Shown: positions 48,355 through 57,367, counted from the first letter of the stretch. The stretch: DNA of 64,000 bases from Deltaproteobacteria bacterium (GCA_024275015.1 JAJRZW010000001.1:706-64705); one strand, 5' to 3'. Made by a program: numbers and translations. The notes: generated by a model not told the origin, from the letters alone.

Positions 48355-49675
48355 TTTTTTTACGGGACCATCAACCTTGAACTATCAGCGGGCCTGGGAA
48401 TTTCTCGATAAACTGCAGTTTTTCAAGATCAAGCTTGGTCTTGATTCCATGCGTATCTTTTTAGACCGTCTCGGACGCCCGGACCGGCGGCTTCGTTTTA
48501 TCCATCTGGCCGGGACCAACGGCAAGGGCTCGGTGGGGGCGATGCTCCACGCCATTTTATCTGCGGCCGGATTCAGGGTCGGATTTTATACCTCGCCCCA
48601 CCTGAGTTCGGTGCGGGAGCGGTTCCGGATCGGTGATGAATATATCAGTGAGGATGATTTTGCCTTTCACTCAGGCGAGATCATCGCGGCCATGGGGGCG
48701 GAACGGATCACCTATTTTGAGTTCACCACCGCCCTGGCTCTGCTCTGGTTTGCCGCCCGGGATGTGGATATCGTTATTCTTGAAACCGGTCTCGGCGGCC
48801 GTCTTGACGCCACCAATGTCATTACTCCGGAACTGAGCCTGATTACCAATGTCGCCATGGATCATGAGGCATATCTGGGAAACACGATTACCTCGGTGGC
48901 GACGGAGAAGGCGGGGATCATCAAGCCCGGGGTTCCGGTGATCAGCGGGGTCGAAGATCCGGAGGCGGCGGCGGTGGTGGCGGGATCCTGTTGTCAGCGA
49001 CGGGCGCCGCTTTTTCGTCTTGGACGTGAGTTCACCTTTACCGTCGAGGCGGATGGATGGGGGTTCCAGGGGCGCGATCGGCATTATGACCATTTGCCGC
49101 TGGCCCTTGCCGGGCGGCATCAACGACGAAACGCGGCCCTGGCCCTGGCCGCCCTTGATGCTCTGGACGGAACCGGAATCCGGGTCTGTGAGGAGGATAT
49201 ACGCCGTGGCCTCGCCGGGGTAAGGTGGCCGGGACGGCTTGAATTTTTTTCCCTTGCCGGGCCGCTATGCGGCATCAGGGCCGGGGACCGGCGGCAGGTA
49301 CTTGTTGACGGGGCCCATAATCCCGCCGGGGCCGCGGCTCTGGCCCATGCCCTCGCGAACGGTTATCGCCGTCAACGGCTTATTGTGGTCTGGGCCGCGA
49401 TGGCCGATAAAGACATGGCCTCCACCCTTGGCAGGATTACTCCCCTGGCCGGGGTGATCTTTCTGACCCGGCCCGAGTCTGAGCGTTCAGCCTGCACTGA
49501 TGCCCTGGCCGCCTCGATTGCCGGGTTTTCGGGTGAAGTACATTGTGAGGATGATGTTGCCGCCGCCCTGACCGCGGCCTTTGTCACGGCCGGACCGGAT
49601 GATCTGGTCCTGATTGCCGGTTCCCTGTACCTTGTCGGCCGGGCCCGGGAGATAATGCTTGGAGGGTTGGTCTGA
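48326..49675 (+). CDS. folC: bifunctional folylpolyglutamate synthase / dihydrofolate synthase
   Basis: AGTNGKGS P-loop and a Mur-ligase fold pattern. TTG start 7 nt after AAGGAG. Confidence 0.9.
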   Translation: MTMPGLSGLDFFTGPSTLNYQRAWEFLDKLQFFKIKLGLDSMRIFLDRLGRPDRRLRFIHLAGTNGKGSVGAMLHAILSAAGFRVGFYTSPHLSSVRERFRIGDEYISEDDFAFHSGEIIAAMGAERITYFEFTTALALLWFAARDVDIVILETGLGGRLDATNVITPELSLITNVAMDHEAYLGNTITSVATEKAGIIKPGVPVISGVEDPEAAAVVAGSCCQRRAPLFRLGREFTFTVEADGWGFQGRDRHYDHLPLALAGRHQRRNAALALAALDALDGTGIRVCEEDIRRGLAGVRWPGRLEFFSLAGPLCGIRAGDRRQVLVDGAHNPAGAAALAHALANGYRRQRLIVVWAAMADKDMASTLGRITPLAGVIFLTRPESERSACTDALAASIAGFSGEVHCEDDVAAALTAAFVTAGPDDLVLIAGSLYLVGRAREIMLGGLV

Positions 49676-49676
49676 G

Positions 49677-49988
49677 ATGGGATGGGATGACCACGGCTTC
49701 GGGGTAGTGGACGACGAATTTATCCGCCGGGAAAAGAACAAGGCCCGCGACCTGCGTCGCGGCCGTTGGTGGAAACAGAAAATATCATCCGGCCGCTGTC
49801 ATTATTGCGGCGAAAGATTTAAGCCGGCGGAACTGACCATGGATCATGTGGTTCCCATTGCCCGGGGCGGTTTGAGTGTAAAGAATAATCTGGTCGCGGC
49901 CTGTACGGGGTGCAACAGCGCCAAGAAGGCCAGTCTTCTCCAGGAGTGGTCCGGAGATTACCGGGTCGATGGTGGGGGAGGGGGATAG
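49677..49988 (+). CDS. small HNH endonuclease
   Basis: 103 aa. CHYCGE...DHVVPIARGG...NLVAACTGCN is an HNH motif. Confidence 0.8.
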   Translation: MGWDDHGFGVVDDEFIRREKNKARDLRRGRWWKQKISSGRCHYCGERFKPAELTMDHVVPIARGGLSVKNNLVAACTGCNSAKKASLLQEWSGDYRVDGGGGG

Positions 49989-50000
49989 CCCGGCCGGGGA

Positions 50001-50417
50001 TCAATGCCGGGTGGTGTTGGCTCCGCGGCAGCCGGGGCAGGTGCCGTGAAATTCGACATGATGACCTTTGATCTCATAGCCGCTGATTTCTTCGGCCTGG
50101 TTTTCAAGCTCGTGGTGCATGGGGATGTGAATATCATCAACCCGGCCGCATTTGCTACAACTTATATGATAATGCGGTGCCGGATTGCCGTCGAAACGTT
50201 TCTGGGTCTCGCCGAAATCAAGTTTCTGGATGATGTCGCTGCTTGAGAGGAGTTCGAGGTTGCGGTAAACCGTGCCAAGACTGATGCGTGGCAGGCGTTC
50301 CCGGACCATGTCGTAGATCTCGGTGGCGGTGGGGTGGCTGGTTACCTTGCGTAACTCTTCGAGGATTACCTTGCGTTGGCTGGTCAATCGCATGACCTTG
50401 TTGTCTTTGCCTGTCAT
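50001..50417 (-). CDS. fur: Fur-family transcriptional regulator
   Basis: 138 aa with a winged-helix N-terminus (LTSQRKVILEEL) and the HHxxC / CxxC pairs of Fur/Zur/PerR proteins. Confidence 0.85.
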   Translation of the reverse strand: MTGKDNKVMRLTSQRKVILEELRKVTSHPTATEIYDMVRERLPRISLGTVYRNLELLSSSDIIQKLDFGETQKRFDGNPAPHYHISCSKCGRVDDIHIPMHHELENQAEEISGYEIKGHHVEFHGTCPGCRGANTTRH

Positions 50418-50434
50418 ATTATTGCACCACTAAA

Positions 50435-50453
50435 AATAATGATTATTATTAAC
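50435..50453. promoter_or_regulatory. Fur-box-like site upstream of fur (autoregulation candidate)
   Basis: AATAATGATTATTATTAAC matches 15 of 19 positions of GATAATGATAATCATTATC and lies 18-36 bp upstream of the fur ATG. Confidence 0.5.
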
Positions 50454-50548
50454 AACAATAGCAAGGCTGTTCCTTTTTGTCAAGATATGCGATCTGTCTG
50501 AAAAATCAATAAAAATCCGGTGATGCTTCAGTGAGGTGCTGCCTGTCA

Positions 50549-51664
50549 TTATTTTTCCCCGGATTCGGGGATATCACCCAGGCAGATACCGATTTCGCGG
50601 GCGGTTTTCATCTTGTCGCAGTCAAGGGGGACCTGTTTTCTTTTTTCTATCGCCCGGGCCAGGGGGACGGCGGTCATGCTGGTGCCTTCAAGGGCGACCA
50701 TGTGATCAAAGGTGCCCTCCTCGGCAAGTCTTACCGCCGCAGCCCCGAAGCGCAGGGCCAGCAGGCGGTCAAAGGTGGTGGGGGAGCCGCCCCGCTGCAG
50801 GTGCCCCAGGACCAGGGATCGGGTGTCCTTGCCGGCGCAGGTCCTGATTTTGTCAGCCACCCATTCGCCGATGCCGCCGAGGAGGACCTCGTGGCGGCCG
50901 ACCTCTTTCTTGTCGTTTCCCTTGCAGATGACGGTGTTGTCCTTGCCTTTGGCTCCTTCGGCGACCACGACGATGGCGTAATGTTTGCCGTGCAGTTCGT
51001 TTTCGGCTATCTTGTCGCATATCCCCTTGATCTCAAAAGGAATCTCGGGGAGAAGGATGATGTCGGCGCCGCCGGATATCCCCGAGTTGAGAGCGATCCA
51101 GCCTGCTTCTCGACCCATTACTTCGACCACCATAACCCGGTCATGGCTTTTGGCGGTGGAGTGGAGTTTGTCCAGGGCCTCGGTGGCGGTGGAGACCGCG
51201 GTGTCGAAACCAAAGGTGAGCTGGGTCGCCTCAAGGTCGTTGTCAATGGTCTTTGGGACTCCGATCACCGGCATCCCTTTTTTTTCGGCAAAGCGGTGGG
51301 CGATTTCAAGGCTGCCGTCCCCGCCGACGGCGATGTGGCAGAAGAATCCCATCCGCTCAAAGTTTTTCATTACCCGGTCGGACACATCGCGGATCTGGAT
51401 CTCGCCGGCCAGGTTTTCCACCGGCATCGCAAAGGGGTTGCCCTTGTTGGTGGAGCCGAGGATGGTGCCGCCGGTTGGGGTGATGTCTTTGACCTCTTCC
51501 GCGGTCAGGCGTACAAGTTCATCGGGATCGAGAAGTCCCCTGTAGCCGCTCTTTGAGCCGTAGACTTCCCAATCCCGGGACTCCGCCGCCCGCACCACCG
51601 CGTAGATGACGGCGTTGAGTCCAGGGGCGTCCCCGCCGCCGGTTGAGATGACGATTCGTTTCAT
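50549..51664 (-). CDS. pfkA: 6-phosphofructokinase (ATP-dependent type by the GGDGS motif)
   Basis: 371 aa with TGGGDAPGLNA, VGGDGS and PKTIDND motifs. Confidence 0.92.
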   Translation of the reverse strand: MKRIVISTGGGDAPGLNAVIYAVVRAAESRDWEVYGSKSGYRGLLDPDELVRLTAEEVKDITPTGGTILGSTNKGNPFAMPVENLAGEIQIRDVSDRVMKNFERMGFFCHIAVGGDGSLEIAHRFAEKKGMPVIGVPKTIDNDLEATQLTFGFDTAVSTATEALDKLHSTAKSHDRVMVVEVMGREAGWIALNSGISGGADIILLPEIPFEIKGICDKIAENELHGKHYAIVVVAEGAKGKDNTVICKGNDKKEVGRHEVLLGGIGEWVADKIRTCAGKDTRSLVLGHLQRGGSPTTFDRLLALRFGAAAVRLAEEGTFDHMVALEGTSMTAVPLARAIEKRKQVPLDCDKMKTAREIGICLGDIPESGEK

Positions 51665-51718
51665 GCTCGCTCCTTTTCATATCCCGGTGGGATTTATTGT
51701 CGTTTATTCATCCATCAT

Positions 51719-51832
51719 CTTAGCAGACCGTTCAAAAAGCCGTCCATGGCTTTTTGAACGGTTTGCTGGGCAAAACAGGTTTCGTCCAACATCTTGATTG
51801 CACTGGATTCCTCAATTTAGATGAAATCAGCG
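51719..51832 (+). repeat. family-A degenerate copy A12
   Basis: CAGACCGTTCAAAAAGCCGTCCATGGCTTTTTGAACGG followed by diverged hairpins. Confidence 0.6.
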
Positions 51833-52048
51833 GAGTGTCAATGGTCCCTTCAAGGTACAAAAATGGAAGAGAAAAAGTCGCGGCAACTTCAGGCTTTGCT
51901 TAAATATTGAATTGACTATTTCCCTTATCGGATATATTATTAGATCTAAGTTATGTTTTTGGTAATGAGAGTTTCGGGGCCGGCCCGATGGAGTTTATTA
52001 CCGAAAGTAAATGCGGCGCAAGCCCCAAAAGAACCGGAGGTTTACTGT

Positions 52049-52379
52049 CATGCTGGAAGTAACTGATCTGGCGATCGAGAACATCAAGACCTATATGGAG
52101 GAGAACAGCCTTGATTCCGCTCTAAGGGTTGCCCTTATGCAGGGTGGCTGATCGGGGCCCTCCCTGGGATTGGCTCTGGATGAGCCAAAAGACACTGATT
52201 TTCGCCTGGATAAAGACGCCGTTACCTTTGTCGTTGATAACGATTTGCTTGGCAATTGTGGCGGTATCAAGGTCGATTTTATTGACTCCGGAATGCGTTC
52301 CGGTTTTTCTGTGACCTCAACCAATCCCATTGCCGACGGTGGCAGTGGTTGTGGCAGTTGCGGCAGCAGCTGCGGTTAA
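52049..52379 (+). CDS. HesB/IscA-like selenoprotein (in-frame UGA; apparent 1-nt frameshift near the 5' end)
   Basis: GGAGG RBS, then ATG 52049 encoding MLEVTDLAIE. After the A-run at 52079-81 the family-like sequence continues in the +1 frame: NIKTYMEENSLDSALRVALMQGG-TGA(52149-51)-SGPSLGLALDEPKD...GSGCGSCGSSCG. Confidence 0.6.
52170..52188 (+). promoter_or_regulatory. candidate bacterial SECIS hairpin
   Basis: UUGGCUC-UGGAU-GAGCCAA: a 7-bp stem whose 5-nt apical loop contains GG, starting 19 nt after the UGA. Confidence 0.5.
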
Positions 52380-52412
52380 ACTGAAAACAATTTCTCTTCA
52401 TCTCCTCACTTT

Positions 52413-52451
52413 AAGCCTGCCGTGGTTTTTTGATCCCGGTAGGCTTTTTTT
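52413..52451 (+). terminator. rho-independent terminator after the selenoprotein gene
   Basis: AAGCCTGCCG...CGGTAGGCTT stem followed by T7. Confidence 0.7.
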
Positions 52452-52497
52452 CGTTCACCAGGGCCAGGCGCAGATCTGCGCCTGGCCCTGGTGAACG
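52452..52497. repeat. 46-bp perfect palindrome
   Basis: CGTTCACCAGGGCCAGGCGCAGATCTGCGCCTGGCCCTGGTGAACG with no mismatch, centred on AGATCT. Confidence 0.9.
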
Positions 52498-52568
52498 GTA
52501 TTTCTTTGCCGCTGAGTTTGAAATTGCGTTCATCCTGCTTGAATTTTTCGCCCGGCTTCATTTAAGCT

Positions 52569-54056
52569 ATGGCCATGGCAGGTAAATCCGTCACAGCTAT
52601 TCTCGTTATTTTTTTTCTCTTCCCTCCGCTTGCGGCAATCGCCGGTGCTTCCGGGGTTCGGGAGGCGGTATGGGCCGGGGCCTTTTATCCTGCCGATTAC
52701 AGGGAACTGAAGAGGGAGGTGGCCGGGGATATCGCCTACGGGGCTGCGCGGCTGCGCCGGAGGGGGGTGTCGGCAAGGCCCCTGATTATCATTATTCCCC
52801 ATGCCGGTTACCGTTATTCCGGCCGCATTGCCGGGGTCGCCGCCGCCGCGGTTGCCCGGCGCGGATATAAACGGGTTATCATTATCGCCCCCGACCACCG
52901 GGTCGGTTTCTCCGGGGTGGCGACCATGGCCCGGGGCGCCTACCGCACTCCCCTGGGGCTGGTTTCCGTTGATCCGGAGGCGGCGGTATTGATGTCCCGG
53001 GGGAGATTATTTCATCGGGTTGCCGCTTCGGACAACAGCGAGCACGCGGTTGAGGTGGTTCTGCCCTTTCTCCAGTCGGCCCTGGGCGGATTTTCCCTGA
53101 TCCCTCTGGTTTCCTCCAGGGTTGCGCCGCAGACGCTGGCGGACGCCGTTGTTCCCCTCCTTTCCCCGGAAACCCTGCTGGTTATTTCGAGTGATTTTTC
53201 CCATTATCTCCCCTATGACCGGGCCGTGGCCCATGACCAGGCCACCATAAGGGCCATCCTTAACCTTGATCTGGACGTTTTTCAGGGGATCAAAAATAGT
53301 GCCTGCGGCCGTACCGGGATCGCGGCGGCGATAATCGTCGCCCGGCGACTCGGTCTTGCTCCGGAACTTCTGGCCCGGGCCAACAGCGGTGATGCCACCG
53401 CCGACCGCGGCCGGGTGGTGGGTTACGTTGCCATGGGGTTTTATAAAAATGAAAAAACAGCGACGGAGAGAAAAATGCCGGAACTCAGTAACGAACAGGG
53501 CCGGGCGCTGTTGCTTCTGGCGCGGCGTACTATCCTGAAAAAGTTCGGCCGGGATCCCGGCGTCGAAGACGGGCCGGAGGCCGTCGTCCTCGACGATCCG
53601 GTTTTTTCAACCCGGCGGGGGGTATTTGTCACCCTTAACCGCCGCGGGCGTCTGCGTGGATGTATCGGCAGCCTTGCCGGGGTTGAGAGTATTGTCGCGG
53701 GGGTGAGGAGAAACGCCGTTAATGCCGCCTTTAATGATCCACGTTTTAAACCCCTGAGCGCGGAGGAACTTGCGGATCTGGAGATCGAGGTCAGTATTCT
53801 CACCGAGGCTGAGCCGCTGGCCTTTAACGACAGCGACGAGCTGATAAGAAAATTGCGGCCCGGCATCGATGGGGTCATTATTCGCGACGGCATCCACAGC
53901 GCTACTTTTCTTCCCCAGGTGTGGGAGCAGATTCCGGTCCCGGCTGATTTTCTGACCCATCTCTGCCGCAAGGCCGGAATGGCGGGGAACCGCTGGCAGC
54001 GTCCCGGACTCACCGTCCTTGCTTATCAGGTGCAGTATTTTGCCGAGGGCGGATGA
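52569..54056 (+). CDS. AmmeMemoRadiSam system fusion protein: MEMO1-like (protein B) + AMMECR1 (protein A), with signal-like N-terminus
   Basis: N-terminal half has FYPADYRELK, IIIPHAGYRYSG and SEHAVEVVLPFLQ (MEMO). C-terminal half has GVFVTLNRRGRLRGCIGS and ATFLPQVWEQ (AMMECR1). First 29 aa are hydrophobic, ending AIAGASG. Confidence 0.85.
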   Translation: MAMAGKSVTAILVIFFLFPPLAAIAGASGVREAVWAGAFYPADYRELKREVAGDIAYGAARLRRRGVSARPLIIIIPHAGYRYSGRIAGVAAAAVARRGYKRVIIIAPDHRVGFSGVATMARGAYRTPLGLVSVDPEAAVLMSRGRLFHRVAASDNSEHAVEVVLPFLQSALGGFSLIPLVSSRVAPQTLADAVVPLLSPETLLVISSDFSHYLPYDRAVAHDQATIRAILNLDLDVFQGIKNSACGRTGIAAAIIVARRLGLAPELLARANSGDATADRGRVVGYVAMGFYKNEKTATERKMPELSNEQGRALLLLARRTILKKFGRDPGVEDGPEAVVLDDPVFSTRRGVFVTLNRRGRLRGCIGSLAGVESIVAGVRRNAVNAAFNDPRFKPLSAEELADLEIEVSILTEAEPLAFNDSDELIRKLRPGIDGVIIRDGIHSATFLPQVWEQIPVPADFLTHLCRKAGMAGNRWQRPGLTVLAYQVQYFAEGG

Positions 54057-56136
54057 GGCGCTGCGGGTAAAGCGGCTCCTGTTCGCCGCCGGTGCCGCCA
54101 CCGTATTGGTGCAGTTGGTGATGGTGCGGGAGCTTTTGGTCCGTTTCAGTGGCAATGAATTCGTCATCGCGGTCATCTTTTTTATCTGGCTTGTCAGTGG
54201 CGCTATCGGTGCCTTTGCCGCCCCCCGCCTTGGCCGTTTTTTTTCCGCCACCGGTGAGCGTTTATGGTGGCTTGCCCTCCTGCTTGTTATTCTGCCGCAG
54301 CTTATGGTCGGCGCTGTTGCCATCCTCGCCCCCATCCTGACCCTGCCCGGGGTATCAGCGGGATTTTACCCCACCCTGTTTTTTGTTATTCTCCTTATCA
54401 GTCCCTATTGTTTTGCCATCGGGGTTTTTTTCCCCTGGGCCCTTGCCCGGTACGCCCCGCGCGTGAGCGGCAGGGGCGCGGCCCGGATCTATCTTGCCGA
54501 TACCGGCGGCGGGGTAATCGCCTCTTTGCTGTTTGTCCTGTTGCTGGTACGTTTTTTTTCTTCATTCACGGTGGTGGTCGGGGGGGGCTTTGTTTTTTTT
54601 CTGGCGGCCCTGCCTTTTATGCCGCAACATAGGCGTGCCCGGGCGGCAGGCCTGTTTTTCCTCTGTCTGGCGATTGCGGCGGCGGCATTACTGCGTTTTT
54701 TTGCTCCATCTCCCTATAATGGCAGGATCGTAAGCGCGCGCGATTCCCGTTTCGGCCGGATCGAGGTGGTGAAAAAGGCGGAACAGAGCACGGTGATGAC
54801 AAACGGCCGGCCGGTATTCATCAGTCAGACGCCGGCCCTGGCCGAGGAATTGGTGCATTACCCCGCCTCCCTGGTTGCCTCGCCCCGGCGGATGTTGTTT
54901 ATCGGCGCGGTGGCGGGTATTTTTGTCGAGGCGGCGAAATACCGTCCCCGGACCCTTGATTATCTTGAGATTGATCCGGACTTAAGCCGCGTTCTCCTGG
55001 CCGGGGGGCTGGTTGTTCCGGTATCCGGCCTGAGGGTGATTAACCGTGATCCGCGTCTTTTCCTGGCCGGGAGCGGGGATAAATACGATATGATCGTCAT
55101 CGCCCGCGGTGAGCCTGAGACCTTTGGCGATAACCGTCTTTTCACCCGGGAGTTCATGGCCCTGGTCCGAGCTCACCTCGCTCCCGGCGGGGTCTTTGCC
55201 TTCGGGGTTGACGGTTTTGAAAATTACCTTGGCCCCGCGTCCCGGCAGCGGTTTGCCTGTTATTATGCCACCATGAGATCGGTTTTTCCCGAGGTAGCGA
55301 TGATCCCAGGCCGGAAAACGATTTTTATCGGTTCATCCCGTCGGCCGCGGCTGGACATCCCCGGGATTCTCCGATCCCGGGGGATCGTTACCAGTTATCT
55401 GGCGCCGTTTTTCCGGGGTGAGGTTACTCCGGAGCGTCTGCGGTACCTTGAGGACGCGGTCCGGGTCCGGAACGCGTCGCTGAATCTTGATCTGCACCCC
55501 GCCATTGTCCGCATGGTCCTTGATCACTGGTTTGAAAGGTTTGCCGGCTCGCCTTTCTGGTTTGCGGTTCCGGTCTGCGTGTTTTTTCTCTTGCTTCTCC
55601 TCCGCGCCTCTCCCGGAGAGTATACCCTGCTCACCGCCGGTTTTACCTCGATGGCGGTGGAGACTGTGGCGGTGTTCGCCTTTGCCGTTTTTCATGGTTA
55701 TATTTTTGAACAAATCGGTATTTTGATCTCCCTTGCCCTGGCCGGGATTTTTGTCGGCCTCCGCTTTGGCGCCGGAGTCCGGGATAAAGAGAGCCGGGGG
55801 GTGATCCTGGCCGCTGACGCGGCGATTATCGTCCTTGCCCTTTTATGGGCCGTAAGCCTTGGCCGTTTTAATGACGGGATAACCACGGTTATTATTCTGT
55901 TTATGACTTTTACCCTTTCACTTGCCTCCGGGTTGCAGTTCGGCCCGGCAATAAATCTCAGCCCTGACGGGCCGAATGGGGCGGCCGGGGCCTTTGGCGC
56001 CGATCTCGCCGGGGCCGGGGCCGGGGTGCTTCTCATCGCCCTTGTGATCCTGCCCGGTTATGGCCTGGCGGCGGCGGTGGCGTCAATCGCGATAATAAAG
56101 GCCACAGGTATGGTCCGGGTTTTTTCCGCGGGGTGA
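54019..56136 (+). CDS. polytopic membrane protein with central spermidine-synthase-like (AdoMet-dependent) domain
   Basis: 705 aa with many TM segments at both ends. The middle region (FGRIEVVKK...MLFIGAVAGI...YLEIDPDL...YDMIVIA...FTREF) resembles aminopropyltransferases. Overlaps the upstream gene; start uncertain (54019 or 54040). Confidence 0.72.
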   Translation: MLIRCSILPRADEALRVKRLLFAAGAATVLVQLVMVRELLVRFSGNEFVIAVIFFIWLVSGAIGAFAAPRLGRFFSATGERLWWLALLLVILPQLMVGAVAILAPILTLPGVSAGFYPTLFFVILLISPYCFAIGVFFPWALARYAPRVSGRGAARIYLADTGGGVIASLLFVLLLVRFFSSFTVVVGGGFVFFLAALPFMPQHRRARAAGLFFLCLAIAAAALLRFFAPSPYNGRIVSARDSRFGRIEVVKKAEQSTVMTNGRPVFISQTPALAEELVHYPASLVASPRRMLFIGAVAGIFVEAAKYRPRTLDYLEIDPDLSRVLLAGGLVVPVSGLRVINRDPRLFLAGSGDKYDMIVIARGEPETFGDNRLFTREFMALVRAHLAPGGVFAFGVDGFENYLGPASRQRFACYYATMRSVFPEVAMIPGRKTIFIGSSRRPRLDIPGILRSRGIVTSYLAPFFRGEVTPERLRYLEDAVRVRNASLNLDLHPAIVRMVLDHWFERFAGSPFWFAVPVCVFFLLLLLRASPGEYTLLTAGFTSMAVETVAVFAFAVFHGYIFEQIGILISLALAGIFVGLRFGAGVRDKESRGVILAADAAIIVLALLWAVSLGRFNDGITTVIILFMTFTLSLASGLQFGPAINLSPDGPNGAAGAFGADLAGAGAGVLLIALVILPGYGLAAAVASIAIIKATGMVRVFSAG

Positions 56137-56139
56137 AAA

Positions 56140-57318
56140 ATGGCTGTTGACCGGCGCAGGTTCATAAAGGGCTCAGCCCTCATCGTCTCGTCCTTGGCCC
56201 TTGGCGGCGGGGTAATCTGGCTTGGCAATAACCGCGGTCGTTTCAGTCGGTTGAGCGATATCACCGGCCATGTTTTTCGCGGTCAGGCCCCGGATACCCC
56301 CGGCCCTTTCGCCCGCGAGGCGATGTTTTATGAAAAGACACCCGGTGCCACGGTGGTCTGCGCTCATTGCCGTCATGCCTGCCGCCTTGCTGCCGGTGAC
56401 ATGGGCCTCTGTCGCAATCGCGCCAATATAGGCGGGGTTCTCTATTCCCTGGCGTACGGTAACCCCTGTTCTTTCAACCTTGATCCGGTGGAGAAAAAGC
56501 CCCTGTTTCATTATCGTCCCGGGACCAGCGCTTTTTCCATCGCCACTGCCGGCTGTAATTTTCGCTGCCTCAACTGTCAGAACTGGGAAATATCACAGAA
56601 GCGGCCCGACGAGGTACGGCATCGGGAGATGTTCCCGGCGGCGGTGGTTGAAGAGGCGCGGAAGAGGGGGGCGGCGTCCATCGCCTATACCTATTCCGAG
56701 CCGGCGACCTTCTACGAGTATATGCTTGACACCGCCGCTCTGGCAAAAGAACGGGGGATCGGTGGTCTGTTCATCTCCAACGGCTATCTTAACCCTGAAC
56801 CCCTTGTCGGTCTCTGCCGGGTCATTACCGCCGCCAATATCAATCTCAAGGCCTTTGACGAGACCACCTACCGCAGCCTTGACGGCGGTGGGCTTGCCCC
56901 GGTGCTTGAGACCCTCAGGATTATCCACCGTGAAGGGGTGCATCTTGAGGTTACCAGCCTGGTGATTCCCGGTTATACCGACAAGGTTGAAGACCTGAAA
57001 AGGATGTGCGCCTGGATTCTCGCCAACCTCGGCCCTGACGTGCCGCTGCATTTTCTCCGTTTCTTTCCCCGTTATCGTCTTGACCGTCTTGAGGCTACCC
57101 CGGTTTCCACCATCGAGTCATTCCGCGAAATCGCCATGGCCCAGGGTATTCATTACGCCTATGTCGGTAATGCGGGGATCACTCCCGGGGCCGATACCTT
57201 CTGCCATAATTGCGGCAAATTGCTGATTGAGAGAAGGGGGTACCTCCTGCCGGTGATGGACGTCATTGCCGGCCACTGCAAATACTGCCGCGCCGTGATT
57301 CCCGGGTTATGGGGATGA
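56140..57318 (+). CDS. AmmeMemoRadiSam system radical SAM enzyme with N-terminal twin-arginine motif
   Basis: MAVDRRRFIKGSALIVSSLALGGG, then an auxiliary Cys cluster (CAHCRHAC...LC), then CNFRCLNCQNW (CxxxCxxC). Starts 4 nt after the upstream stop. Confidence 0.85.
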   Translation: MAVDRRRFIKGSALIVSSLALGGGVIWLGNNRGRFSRLSDITGHVFRGQAPDTPGPFAREAMFYEKTPGATVVCAHCRHACRLAAGDMGLCRNRANIGGVLYSLAYGNPCSFNLDPVEKKPLFHYRPGTSAFSIATAGCNFRCLNCQNWEISQKRPDEVRHREMFPAAVVEEARKRGAASIAYTYSEPATFYEYMLDTAALAKERGIGGLFISNGYLNPEPLVGLCRVITAANINLKAFDETTYRSLDGGGLAPVLETLRIIHREGVHLEVTSLVIPGYTDKVEDLKRMCAWILANLGPDVPLHFLRFFPRYRLDRLEATPVSTIESFREIAMAQGIHYAYVGNAGITPGADTFCHNCGKLLIERRGYLLPVMDVIAGHCKYCRAVIPGLWG

Positions 57319-57325
57319 GGGTAAA

Positions 57326-57367
57326 GGCCGGCTTTGGCTCCCGGGAGCAGGCGCCGGCTTTTTTTCT
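57326..57367 (+). terminator. rho-independent terminator ending the AmmeMemoRadiSam operon
   Basis: GCCGGC...GCTCCCGGGAGC...GCCGGC stem followed by T9. Confidence 0.7.

Noticed and set aside
50531-51556. 341-aa ORF on the plus strand
   Set aside because: Antisense to the phosphofructokinase gene. No recognisable domain.
51840-52048. Possible riboswitch in the selenoprotein leader (TTTCGGGGC...GCCCCAAAA pairing)
   Set aside because: I could find only one plausible long-range helix and no match to a known aptamer core. This is too weak to report as a feature.
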